A stretch of DNA of 62,979 nucleotides, filler included, from Reclinomonas americana ATCC 50394 (lineage: Eukaryota), in the NCBI GenBank assembly GCA_048213135.1. It is 5 parts of 3 records of this genome, joined end to end, with 100 filler letters (N's around TTAATTAATTAA, not from the genome) between each part and the next. Parts side by side here need not be neighbours in the genome. Positions count along the whole stretch, not along the records: positions 25,969 to 38,566 come from PS015053.1; 4 more parts are not named here. One strand, 5' to 3'. Position 1 is the first letter of the stretch. The number at the start of each line of letters is the position of its first letter. Shown in pieces: positions 25,969 to 38,258 of the stretch. Under the pieces are notes generated by a model that saw only the letters and a list, made by a program, of their open reading frames with translations, was not told the DNA's origin and ran no database searches. A program made the translations under genes and the position numbers.

Positions 25969-28330
25969 GACGACATTGGCCAGGAGGAGAAAGGTGAGCG
26001 CGAGGAGAAGGCACACGAGAATGGCGTGCAGAGGGAGAGGGAGGTGCGAGAGGAGTGCGATGATCCCGTGTGGTTCGTCGTCGTCTGAGAGAGGGGGAGG
26101 CATGTCTTCTGGAGGAAGAGAAGTGACAAGACAAAGGACATGTGGGACTGTCAACAGAAGTTGTCACTCGTTCTTGTACCTAACTGACACCTCTACAACT
26201 GTCTGCTGTACAAGAGAGACGAGTCTTGCAACCTGCAACACTGCTGCCCACACGCAACAACGAGAACTCGTGCTCACAAGATGCGCAGCACTTGAGATAT
26301 CGATATCGATATCGATCACAAGATGCGCAGTAGTACTGCCAGACTAGCCTGTAGTGTTGCGCCTACGGCTGCCTGCTGAACGTGAGAGACGAGTCTTGCA
26401 ACATGCAGCACCGCTAGCCACGCATAACATCGAGATATCGGTCGCAATTGCAAGCACTGTTGTCGTCATTCTGCTTGTGTCTGACAAGCTGTTTCGTCTA
26501 CGACGCTCTGCTGTGCATGAGAGACGAGTCCTTGTTGCAAGCAACAGCAGTACTGCTATTTGGACAGGCGAGTGAGCGCCGGGCAGAAAAAGTGCTCGTC
26601 GACATTGGCCAGGAGGAGAAAGGTGAGCGCGAGGAGAAGGCACACGAGGATGGCGTGCAGAGGGAGAGGGAGGTGCGAGAGGAGTGCGATGATCCCGTGT
26701 GGTTCGTCGTCACTGTCGCCTGTGAGAGTCNNNNNNNNNNNNNNNNNNNNNNNNNNNNNNNNNNNNNNNNNNNNNNNNNNNNNNNNNNNNNNNNNNNNNN
26801 NNNNNNNNNNNNNNNNNNNNNNNNNNNNNNNNNNNNNNNNNNNNNNNNNNNNNNNNNNNNNNNNNNNNNNNNNNNNNNNNNNNNNNNNNNNNNNNNNNNN
26901 NNNNNNNNNNNNNNNNNNNNNNNNNNNNNNNNNNNNNNNNNNNNNNNNNNNNNNNNNNNNNNNNNNNNNNNNNNNNNNNNNNNNNNNNNNNNNNNNNNNN
27001 NNNNNNNNNNNNNNNNNNNNNNNNNNNNNNNNNNNNNNNNNNNNNNNNNNNNNNNNNNNNNNNNNNNNNNNNNNNNNNNNNNNNNNNNNNNNNNNNNNNN
27101 NNNNNNNNNNNNNNNNNNNNNNNNNNNNNNNNNNNNNNNNNNNNNNNNNNNNNNNNNNNNNNNNNNNNNNNNNNNNNNNNNNNNATGTCTTCTGGAGGAA
27201 GAGAAGTGACAAGACAAAGGACATGCATGGGACTGTCAACAGAAGTTGTCACTCGTTCTTGGACCTCTACAACTGTCTGATGTACAAGAGAGACGAGTCT
27301 TGCAACCCGTCACACTGCGATCCACACGCAACAACGAGAACTCGCGCTCATAAGATGCTCCGCACTTGAGATATCGATATCGATCACAATTGCAAGATGC
27401 GCAGTAGTACTGCCAGACTGGCCTTGCTATTGCGTCTACGGCTGTCTGCTATGCGAAGAGACGAGTATTGCAACATGCAGCACCGCTAACCACGCATAAC
27501 ATCGAGATATCGTGCGTGTGAGTAGTGTGCAAGTTGTCGTCACTCTGCTTGTGCCTTCTGACAAGCTGTTTCGTCTACGACGCTCTGCTGTGCATAAGAG
27601 ACGAGTCGTTGTTGCAAGCAACAGCAGTACTGCTATTTGGACAGGCGAGTGAGCGCCGGACAGAAAAAGTGCTCGACGACATTGGCCAGGAGGAGAAAGG
27701 TGAGCGCGAGGAGAAGGCACACGAGGATGGCGTGCAGAGGGAGAGGGAGGTGGGAGAGGAGCGCGATGATCCCGTGTGGTTCGTCGTCGTCTGAGAGAGG
27801 GAGAGGCATGTCTTCTGGTGGAAGAGAAGTGACAAGAGAAAGGACAATGCATGGGACTGTCAACAGAAATTGTCACTCGTTCTTGTCTCCAAGGTATGTC
27901 TGCGACAATCCGCTGCACAAGAGAGACGAGTCCTGCAACCTGTCACACTGCGATCCACACGCAACATCGAGAACTCGTGCTGATAAGATGCAAAGCACTT
28001 TGATATATCGATATCGATATTGCTCACAAAATGCGCAGGAGTACTGCCAGACTGGCCTATAGTGTTGCGTCTACGGCTGTCTGCTGTACGTAAGAGATGA
28101 GTCTTGCGACCTGCAGCACTGCTAGCCACGCATAACAGCGAGATATCGTTCGTCTAACTGTGCAAGTTGTCGTCACTCTGGTTGTGCCTTCTGACAAGCT
28201 GTTTCGTCTACGACGCTCTGCTGTACATGAGAGAAGAGTCTTGCAACATGCAGCACCGCTAGCCACGCATAACATTGAGATATCGTGCTTGAAAGAAGCT
28301 CGATGATGTGAACAGCGGAGATCGATATCA
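25969..28330. repeat. ~630-bp tandem repeat array (about 4 partial copies) at a scaffold end
   Basis: GACATTGGCCAGGAGGAGAAAGG occurs at 25972, 26601 and 27678, with internal GATATC runs and GAGACGAGTCTTGCAAC sub-repeats. Confidence 0.9.
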
Positions 28331-28397
28331 GAAGCTGTCACTCTGCAGGCCTATTCCGTTTGCCCTTGACCCTTGACAAGTGTCGGCAGCCATCCAA

Positions 28398-29462
28398 TCA
28401 CTGGCGACTAAGGAGCTCATCAAGTTCGGCCTGGAAACTGCGGACACTGTGCAAAAGTCCGCGCGTTGGGTTGGTCGCCAGTACCGCGTCGATACGCGCC
28501 TGTTACAGCAACACAACAAACACCGCGTATCAGATAGAAAGAAAACACCAGCTCGGTGAAGTATGGAAGGAAAAACAGTTCACAAACCTTCTCCTTCAAC
28601 TCGCGAATTTCTTCCTGATGCTTTTGCTCGCGAAGTAATCCACGCATCTTCTCCTCACGAAGCATCACTTGCTGCTCGCGAAGCTTCGCTTCGTGAACCA
28701 CTGATCGCAACAGCTGCTCGCGGAGCTCCGTCTGCAAGCGCTCCGCCTCTATGAGCAAGCCCTGCTCGCGCACGTTTCGATGAATCGTCAACACAGCCTC
28801 GCGCACGCCCGTGACGGACGGCGGCTCGCCTACTGCCGAGAGCCGATGCAGGACGCCATCCAACGACAGCAGGATCTGACGATTCTTCTCTGCCAGTTCT
28901 GGAAAGGGTACTTCGCCCGCTTTCATGGGCACAGCGTTCTGTAGACTCAAAGCGGAGTGTCACAAACATATACGAACTCGAACTCCACTCCCTCTCCCCC
29001 ACTGAACACACCTTGCCTGTCGACTGCGAGGGCCGAGCGTGAGTTCGCCGCACTAGTCGCGTACGTCGCCTCTGTTTACACAACGCGGACGAGGAGTCGC
29101 CTCCACTTACAAGCGCGCTTTCATCGAAACGCACTCTCCGATCTACATAAGCACACACACACACACAGAGTCAATGCACTGATCGCACTGCAGCTGCAGT
29201 AGACTCTCAACAGTGCTGTCGATCGGCTGCTGTCTCCTCCAGCTCGAAACCAAACTCCCTCTTGATGTCTTTCACTCATTCCTCTTTCTCTTTCTCACGC
29301 ACAAACACTCTGTCGTTGTCCGGCTGTCCGTGTATACAACTCTTTCTCTTTGTATCCCACTGCCTGCCTGCCTGTCTGTTTGTCTCTCTCATTCTCTCTC
29401 TTTCACCCTGTCTGTCTTCCACGTGAGACAACTCTGTATCGTTTCACTTCTCTCCCTCTCTT

Positions 29463-29496
<34 letters not shown>

Positions 29497-29990
29497 CCTT
29501 TATAATAATGATAATAATCCTTCTCTGATCCATACACAACAATGAGCATTTACCAGATATCGCCAACAAGTTTCGTTTGCTTTCCTTATTCTCTCTCTCT
29601 CGCTGTCTGCCAGTCTGTCTGTTGCCCACAGCAGACAACTCTGACGCTGCGTTCCTCTCTCTTCCCGCTCTTCCCCCTCACTCTGCTGCTCACCCGCTCT
29701 CTTTCACTCTCTCGATCCAACATCCCCTTGTGTAAATAAGACAAGCGAGGTTATCCTTCGCACGTACCACCATGGAGTCCCATTGTCAGGGAGGGTCCCT
29801 CAGCAACCACTGGCAAGTCAGAGTCCCCCTTGTGGTGGACTTGTTGCTGCTGCTGTTGTTGTGCATATTCCTCGCGCAACACCAACCTTGTTGGCAATGA
29901 CAGGTTCACCTTGTCTTCTTCACGACCACATGCTTGTCCACTGCCGAGTGGGTGGACGATGGCGGTTGCAAGAGCGCTGCACTCTGACAT
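28398..29990 (-). CDS. hypothetical coiled-coil protein, multi-exon
   Basis: Exon ~28950-28589 (ERLQTELREQLL...EEIRELKEK) splices in phase to a terminal exon ARIDAVL...LLSRQ*. Upstream exons are tentative. Confidence 0.5.
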
Positions 29991-30526
29991 TCCGCCGACA
30001 GAGACTCGCGTGGGACACTGGAAAATAGGACGGGTGACAGATGATAGAGTAAAGAAAGGTCAAGAGACCAACTGCCATTGACTCTTGAAGAGGAAAAGGT
30101 GGGATACGAGAAAGACAGCAGGTACAAACAAACAAAACTTCATTCACCACATTCTAATGCGACGACAAACGCCCACATAATTCTTCACTTCTCTCGATCT
30201 CAATCTACTCGACCCTAAAGGAACGCCAGAATCGCTCAACTGCAAACATATCGTACGGATCAGCTCCCTCTTCCGTCCAGTCTCAACTTCATGAACTCTC
30301 GGACTCATTCCTTCTCCTCCTGCTTTCTCTTCAGATCTCCATTCCTCCTTCCCCGAAGCTCACGTGTACCGCAAACCACTCGATCGCTTGGCGCCTGCAA
30401 TGCACTTCTCCAAGCACTCATCCCTGTTCCATCGCCAGCCTAACTGCAACAGAACTGAAGCAGCATCAGAAACCCGCTGAAACGGTTGTAACACTGTGAG
30501 TGGTAACACACCGTGTTCTACTTCTA

Positions 30527-31328
30527 TCATGAAGATCCCGCTGCAGCCGACGCTAATCCTCCAGCGTCTACGACGCCGACGCCAGCTGCCGAGTCGCACA
30601 ATCGCTTCAATTCGTCGAGCACATACGACGCCGACACGCGCGTTGCTTGCGGCCTCTGCACCGTTACACGCACAATTAGCATATCACCACAAATTTCCCC
30701 ACCGGTGTGTCAGCACGCAACCCAGCACTGTCGAATCAAGTTGCGAATGTCCTCTGGCACTTCTGCTCGCACACTCTGGTCGTCAAGATCGCCAGGCGGA
30801 ACGCCGTCATGCATACGACGCATGATAGCTGGCGTTGCTACTCCACGGTATGGCTCATGTCGAGTGGAGATGAACCAAAGCAGCGAGCCGAGACCGTACA
30901 CATCCGCCCGCTCGTCGTACTGTACGTGAGGGCGGAACAGAAGCGTGATTGGCCCTACACAGCCAGAATAGAGAAATCTAGTACTAACCTCCTGGTCCAG
31001 CATGGTCTCTGGCGCAGCATACGCCATCGTGCCGTGGTTTGATTGCATTTTGCCGAGTGTGCCGTGAATCTTGGCCTCGCCAAAGTCGCACACCTTGGCG
31101 ACGAGTCGGTCCTCGCTGATGAGAATGTCTGCAGAGATTCAGAGAGAATTAAACAAGGAACGATCGTTGGGAAAAGAGGTGAATACAAAGATCAACTCTG
31201 CAGTCTGCACCGCCACGACCGAATCAGTGTACGATAAACGCAACGGAATTCTCTTATAGATCTATATCTCTCCCTTCAGTTCTCTTGATTTCAATATCTT
31301 TCCCATCCACTCTATTCTCACCATGTCT

Positions 31329-31364
<36 letters not shown>

Positions 31365-32023
31365 TTTTACTTGCTACCTTTCTCCTCTTCCCACAAGTCT
31401 GACGCAACTCTGCGGCTTAAGATCACGATGGACCACTCGGCGCGAGTGCATGTAGACCACAGCGGACGCCACTTGCAAGAGTAGAGAGAGAAGGTGCTCT
31501 GTCATCACGTGCTGATCTTTCACCAGGTCATACAGCGTCTCGGCGGTGCCCCCAACATCATCGTGGCCGACGTACTCAAGAACGAGTCCGAGACCACTCG
31601 GGTCGTTCTCGCACACGGCCAGCAGTTTCACAATGTGCGGATGACTGCGAAAAGCTCATGAGTGACAGCGGTCAGCATGCAAGTGCTGCAATCACGGAAG
31701 CACAACTCAAGTTGCATTAGCAGTGCGTGCTCGTTTTCGAAGCAGTCATGGACGCGTTTCCAGTCCGGTGATCGAGACTTCTTCGCTTTTTGCTTGACCT
31801 GGTACCGTTTGTACGCTACAGTTTGCAATGCACCGCCGAGACGCAGCGTAGCATGAAAAACAGCGTTTTGCCCTGAGCGCGTGGCGTAGGAGAGAGATAT
31901 AAGGAACTTTCTGGTCTGCGTTGACAAAGCGATGCACAAACCGACGGCGAGCTGTCCGGCCATGGGTGAGATTCGAATCTCCTTTGGCAGCACAAGCGGT
32001 GCGCGAACGGCGAATTGCTCCAT
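30527..32023 (-). CDS. tyrosine-kinase-like (TKL) protein kinase, 6 exons; possibly the 3' part of the upstream HEPN receptor gene
   Basis: The spliced product has VAYK, FENE, LDHPHIVKLL, LVLEY, HRDLKPQNIL, KVCDFG, GTMAYAAPE, ADVYGLG and LIRQCW. All catalytic motifs are present. Confidence 0.9.
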
Positions 32024-32584
32024 TTTGCGTCAGCAACATGGATTTTGCGAGTCTGAAGTACTCGCTCATTGTCATTCGCTTTTCAGCCTCGTTTTGTTTG
32101 TGTTCTTGTGAGAACCCCTCCCTTCCCGCCCTCTCGTTCTTCGTACCAGTGCAGCCTCGTTTTGTTTGTCGAGAGGCATGCTTCTCGTCGAGCTGGCTCA
32201 TCGCTCGCCTGCTTCGCCTTCAACCCGCTTCGGTCCACTCCAACACCTTCGATTCCGGCAACAACATTCCGACCGGTCAACATCGCCCGTGCGGCCACCG
32301 GCCGCCCCACTGCATTCGTGCTACGGCACTTCCCGCTTCGCACCAACTCGAGTCAGGTGCCTTCAACTACGCCTTGGTCCCTGGCCTTCCACTCCTTTGG
32401 CCTTATCCTGGACCCTCCGCTTTACGGACAATTCACCGAGTGGTTACTTTTTGTAACGCCGCCTATGACGACGTCAACTACGATTTCCGCAACAACACTT
32501 CCGACGACGACTGCCCGGGCATCGTCTTCCAACGTGACCTCAACTACGACAACGCTCTTCGACCACTCTCCGATTCCGCCTGCC

Positions 32585-35500
32585 TTACCAGAGGTTTCTA
32601 ATTAGAGTTCCAATCTGTATGGAGTTGATTATTTAGATTGGAGTCTCACAAGACACACGAGCTTACGAGTGAAACCCTTATCTTTCTGGTACGAAAGAAC
32701 GAGCAAATTCGATACTCTCTCCGTCACCAACTCGGCCGTCACGTTAATGCGACTCACATCTGTATCAGTGAAGAATGAGTTGGAAGAATGAAAAAACAGC
32801 AAGTTGCAAGTGTGTGTCGCAACTGTCATATGCTTGGAACAACAGACGGATGCTTTCGTGTTTCCCGTCGGGGAACAACGAGTGGAGAGAGTTACGAACC
32901 AGTCGCATGATGCCTACATACTCTGCATCTTCGAGCTCAGACAGGCGGGCCAGGTGTGACAGGCGATGTCTCACATCCCGCAAATTCTCCACGGCTCGAA
33001 TCTGTATTGCAGAGCACCCAGTGAGAAGTGACTGGCACGCCTGTAGGTGTCTGTGAGAGCTTACCTTGGATTCATCTGCGAGCAAGCGAACCGCGAGTCG
33101 GTCTTCGTTCGTGACATGATCGAGGCGGACGAGACTCTCCAGCAAATCCACATCCCGACACACGCGAGCAGGAACATAGGTGATGTACAGTAGCATTGTG
33201 CTCAGTTGCGAAACGTCCATGCCCGTGGTCACTCCACTCCTCTTGAACTCTCGCACTGCTTCGTAATTTGAAGGAAATAACTCGACGGAGCGCATGCGAA
33301 TGTTGCCACGCTTGTCCACAGTCATTCGACAATATCTGTGAGGCAGATTGAGCGCAGGAGACACATCACACGCAGGCAGCCCCTACACCAGCACCTCGGT
33401 GGTGGAGTTGGGAGACAGAGAAGCTCAATGTCGAATTCGTCAGGGAAGAATCCGGCGATGAGCTGTTGCAGGAGAGAGCCCAGGGCCAGCGGGATGATCT
33501 CATGTACAACTTCCGTGAGCATGAGAATGGGACGGCGGTCGCTGTGCATGTGACAAAAATCAGAACAAGTAACAGGCAAGAATACGGATCGGCAGGCACC
33601 TGAGGAAGTCCATGTGAAAGAGAGCTCGCAGCTGCAGCTCTAACAACTCAGCCTTTTGTCTCCACTCGTCGCGTTCGGCGGCGGCTGTGGCAAGATACGA
33701 GCGGAGGGTGTCGCATACAACCGTTGCAGATGTGTGCTCAAATTCGAGTTGATTGTTGTGGTTATCGGCAGTCTGGAAGGAGTCGGCATTCACCGCGGGA
33801 GACGATACACACAAAGTGAGCACAAACTGAATTGGCGCTGTAACTTGAATGCGAGCTCACCAAACACGGTGGCAGATGGGTTGACTGCCAGCGTTGCCAG
33901 CATCGGCAAAATAGCAGGCAACTGACGAAGAGGGCGACGGGAGCGGCCAACATGATGGCAAATGCAGTGGGCGAGTGCCAGTCTTGCCAAGTGGGAGTGG
34001 GAAAAGTCTGAAATGCGTTGGCAAGCCACTCACAGAGAGACGACCAGAAAGTCACACCAGAGAAGGGCTCGGGAATAAAGTAATCATCTTTTGCGACAAG
34101 CGACAATTTTGCGCTTTCGTGCTTATGCTGCTCGGCAAACACGCCAATAACGGGCAAGCAGTTATCAGTCATACTATCAATTGCTGCAGCCACAGCCGCC
34201 ACAATAGCCTGCTTGCCGTCAGGACGAAGTAATTCATCAACCGACGGCCCCCCAATAGAGGTGACGCCACCGGTTACCACGGCTCCAATTGCAAATCCGT
34301 CAGCTTCGTCTGCTGCTTCTAAAGGCAGCAGCGGACGCACGTCAGCGCTGCCACTATTGACGCTCTCTGCTGCAGTCGAGCTCGTCTGGGAAGCTGTCAC
34401 CTCCCCTCCCTCGACGGCCGTGCGCGTCATCGCCTCTCCGTCAACGGGGTCCCCCTCAGCTGCATCTGCCAACAGCTCACGGCCAGTGCGCAGCGATTCG
34501 TCAACCGATGAGCCACCACTCATCGGCGATGTGTCGTCACTCACGGCCCAATTAGCCGGTGCGTCAACCACACCAGCTGTATCATCCAGCAGCGGCGGTC
34601 GTAAGGCAGCACCGCCGATCTTGTCACTATCCGATCCTGTCGGTGCATCCACCTGACTCGTCTGCGTGGGAGTTGCCTCTCCTGCGTCGAGCGTCGGCGC
34701 AGCAATGTGCGTATCGTGTGGTAAGTCATCGCCGCCAATCGTTGAAGTCTCAGTCTGCGGCGAATCAATTCCGGTAGCTGCTGTCTCAGAACTCGCTGAC
34801 ACTCCGAAGTGATGATGACCTGCAGCGAGCTGCTGTGCAGGAACCACGACAATCGACTCTGCCGGCTGCACATTGTCACCTTGTGCCAATGACCACACTC
34901 GCACTGTGTTGTCATAACTTCCGCTAATTAGTTTTGACCCGACGGTGAATGTGACAGGATGCAGCTCCTTGACCCTTGACCCTTAACCCGGGGGCCCCTA
35001 CCCTTGACCCTTTGCTCTTGACCGTTGGCTTCCTGGGCCCTTGACCCTTAACCCGAGTGTGGGGCAAAAGTTGTGTCTTGCGCAAGTCGCGAAATGTAAG
35101 TAGAGACTCCGATTTGCATGACCAACTGTCGCAGTGCATCTTCACATTACTAGATACAATGTGCTGGCCATCGGGAGTCATGGCAACTGACTGCACCCAA
35201 TGAGTGTGTTCTTTCAGCTGATGGATTTCTTTTCCACTCGCCAGTGACCACACTCGCACTGTGTTGTCAACACTTCCGCTTACAGCATACTTACCATCGC
35301 TTGAGATGGCGACAGAGAACACCGTATTGTCGTGCTTGCCAACCACTCTGCACACGGGTCGGAAGGCGTGCGTGAGAGTACCTCGAAACACAAATTGGCG
35401 GACAGCCATACAACGCACTCAAACGCATCTGTGTGAATTCTCACTCTCTCTCTCTGTATGTGTGTGTGGGTGTGCGTCTCCTAATCTTCATGACTCACTG

Positions 35501-35600
35501 ACCTCGATTTTGTGATAATCTCCGGTTCACCCAAGGCCATGCACACACACACGGCAATCACCACGCATGTCACCACCAACACACGCATCGGCTGCTGCAT
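32585..35600 (-). CDS. type I membrane receptor: signal peptide - 2 WD40 - Ser/Thr/Ala/Asp-rich stalk - TM - coiled coil - HEPN-like domain (disrupted by a 226-bp insertion)
   Basis: Phase-consistent GT-AG exons 35600-35503, 35347-33861, 33772-33600, 33541-33395, 33335-33065, 33001-32824, 32759-32659 and 32614-. Signal MQQPMRVLVVTCVVIAVCVCMALG; TM AFAIMLAAPVALFVSCLLFC; HEPN-like MDVSQLSTMLL...VENLRDVRHRLSH. Confidence 0.75.
34924..35152. mobile_element. 226-bp insertion flanked by a CTA/TAG direct repeat, containing CCCTTRA telomere-like motifs
   Basis: It splits a WD40 repeat. Removing 226 bp restores the frame (HIVSSGSYDNTVRVW). Confidence 0.6.
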
Positions 35601-35811
35601 TTTGAGATCTCTTCTCGCACAAGTGTTGTGTGCGTGTGAGTGGTCTTTCAGGACATGACATCATACATTATCCCGAAGTAAGCCAGTGTTCGACACGCTG
35701 CGGTGTTACCCTCAGTACTCGGCCCTTGCTTCGTTGATTCCTTCACACGACCGCACATTGTCGATATGCTCTTTTCACTACTTCCGCGACGTTACTCTAT
35801 ATATATCGCTC

Positions 35812-36358
35812 CGCATCAATCCGCCCGACCCACCTGCACCATGCAGTGCGCCGGCCACGTCAAGTATCGATACAGGAACGCCGGAATGGCAAAGCTGCAG
35901 GCGATAGTAAGAAAACACCCTCATTTGCGCCCGATATGCACGTGATTTTTGAAGCGCTCCCACATTTCTCTGTACGGCTCACCCCCCCTCCCCCCTCCTC
36001 CACCCGCCTCACCTATACCGCGGCACACCCAACCGCTTGGCAGCTGCATTGCACTCCTCCAACCGCCCACCCTTGCTCCACCCAAACTGCCGCAAATACT
36101 CCACCGGCTCCGACGTGCCAAACAAAATCGGATGATTGCGATCGCGCATGGCCTTCAGGTACACGCTGTTGAACGAGTGCTCGATCATCGGCTGCGCGCA
36201 ACGGGGAGGGTGAGGACAGAGGGGGGAGGCTGAGAGGGGGGCGGGAAGCGCACCTTGTTGACAAAGTCGCACACCAACTGACTACCGCGCGGGGACATGG
36301 CGGCCGTCGTCGCCAGCGTGTCCTTCACCAGTGCCTCGGGGAGGTACATGAAGACGCC
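35812..36358 (-). CDS. LCM-family SAM-dependent methyltransferase, 3' exons
   Basis: GVFMYLPEALVKDTL...PRGSQLVCDFV and FGTSEPVEYLRQFGW. The exact 3' end is uncertain. Confidence 0.75.
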
Positions 36359-38258
36359 CTGCGGAAGGGGGAAGGGGTGAAAGGGGGAAGGGAGAAGGGC
36401 GTTAAAGGAGAAGCGGAAGAAGGGGGAGAAAGGGGGAGGAGGGGAGAATGGGGGAACGAAGAGAAGGGGGGAGAAGGGGAGAAGGGGGGAGAAGGGAGGA
36501 GAAAGGGGGGGAGAAGGGGGNNNNNNNNNNNNNNNNNNNNNNNNNNNNNNNNNNNNNNNNNNNNNNNNNNNNNNNNNNNNNNNNNNNNNNNNNNNNNNNN
36601 NNNNNNNNNNNNNNNNNNNNNNNNNNNNNNNNNNNNNNNNNNNNNNNNNNNNNNNNNNNNNNNNNNNNNNNNNNNNNNNNNNNNNNNNNNNNNNNNNNNN
36701 NNNNNNNNNNNNNNNNNNNNNNNNNNNNNNNNNNNNNNNNNNNNNNNNNNNNNNNNNNNNNNNNNNNNNNNNNNNNNNNNNNNNNNNNNNNNNNNNNNNN
36801 NNNNNNNNNNNNNNNNNNNNNNNNNNNNNNNNNNNNNNNNNNNNNNNNNNNNNNNNNNNNNNNNNNNNNNNNNNNNNNNNNNNNNNNNNNNNNNNNNNNN
36901 NNNNNNNNNNNNNNNNNNNNNNNNNNNNNNNNNNNNNNNNNNNNNNNNNNNNNNNNNNNNNNNNNNNNNNNNNNNNNNNNNNNNNNNNNNNNNNNNNNNN
37001 NNNNNNNNNNNNNNNNNNNNNNNNNNNNNNNNNNNNNNNNNNNNNNNNNNNNNNNNNNNNNNNNNNNNNNNNNNNNNNNNNNNNNNNNNNNNNNNNNNNN
37101 NNNNNNNNNNNNNNNNNNNNNNNNNNNNNNNNNNNNNNNNNNNNNNNNNNNNNNNNNNNNNNNNNNNNNNNNNNNNNNNNNNNNNNNNNNNNNNNNNNNN
37201 NNNNNNNNNNNNNNNNNNNNNNNNNNNNNNNNNNNNNNNNNNNNNNNNNNNNNNNNNNNNNNNNNNNNNNNNNNNNNNNNNNNNNNNNNNNNNNNNNNNN
37301 NNNNNNNNNNNNNNNNNNNNNNNNNNNNNNNNNNNNNNNNNNNNNNNNNNNNNNNNNNNNNNNNNNNNNNNNNNNNNNNNNNNNNNNNNNNTTCTCTCCC
37401 TCCCTCCCTCCCTTTTCCTTCACTCTATCTCTCTCTCTCTCTTTCTCTCCATCTCTCTCTCTCTCTCTAGACACAGCGAAATGAAGAGAAAAAAACACAA
37501 CTACTGGCTTCTCTGGACTCACACAGAAAAGAGGCAACAAGCAAACGAGTACCACCTGGACAGCTTGTCTCTCTCTTTCTGTCTTCACTCTCTCTCTCTC
37601 TCTCTCTTTCTTTCTCTCTCTTCGTCTCTATTTCTCTCGCGCTCACTCTCCTTTTCTTTTTCCTCTCTTTCTCTCTTTTCCTCTCTTTTTCTCTCTCTCT
37701 CTCTTTCTGTCTTTCGCTCTCTCTCTCTATTCGTCTCTGTTTCCTCGCGCTCACTCTCCTTTTCTTTCTCTCTTTCTCTTTTTTCCTCTCTTTTTTCCTC
37801 TCTCGTTCTCTTTCTCTCTTTTCTCTCTTTCTCTCTCTTTGTCTCTTTTTCTCTCATTCTCTTTCTTTTTTTTCTCGCTCTTCCTTCCCCCTCTCTCTCC
37901 CCCCCTTCTCCCCCTCCCCCCTCCTTCCCCCAATNNNNNNNNNNNNNNNNNNNNNNNNNNNNNNNNNNNNNNNNNNNNNNNNNNNNNNNNNNNNNNNNNN
38001 NNNNNNNNNNNNNNNNNNNNNNNNNNNNNNNNNNNNNNNNNNNNNNNNNNNNNNNNNNNNNNNNNNNNNNNNNNNNNNNNNNNNNNNNNNNNNNNNNNNN
38101 NNNNNNNNNNNNNNNNNNNNNNNNNNNNNNNNNNNNNNNNNNNNNNNNNNNNNNNNNNNNNNNNNNNNNNNNNNNNNNNNNNNNNNNNNNNNNNNNNNNN
38201 NNNNNNNNNNNNNNNNNNNNNCCCCTCACCCCCTCCCTTCCCCTTTTCCCTTCTACAG

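Noticed and set aside
29980-30030. RRQRLAW resembling a Tc1 transposase motif
   Set aside because: Too short; no DDE domain or TIRs are visible.
31921-32605. Plus-strand ORFs of 226 and 178 aa as independent genes
   Set aside because: No recognisable domain, and they overlap the kinase start and the probable insertion.
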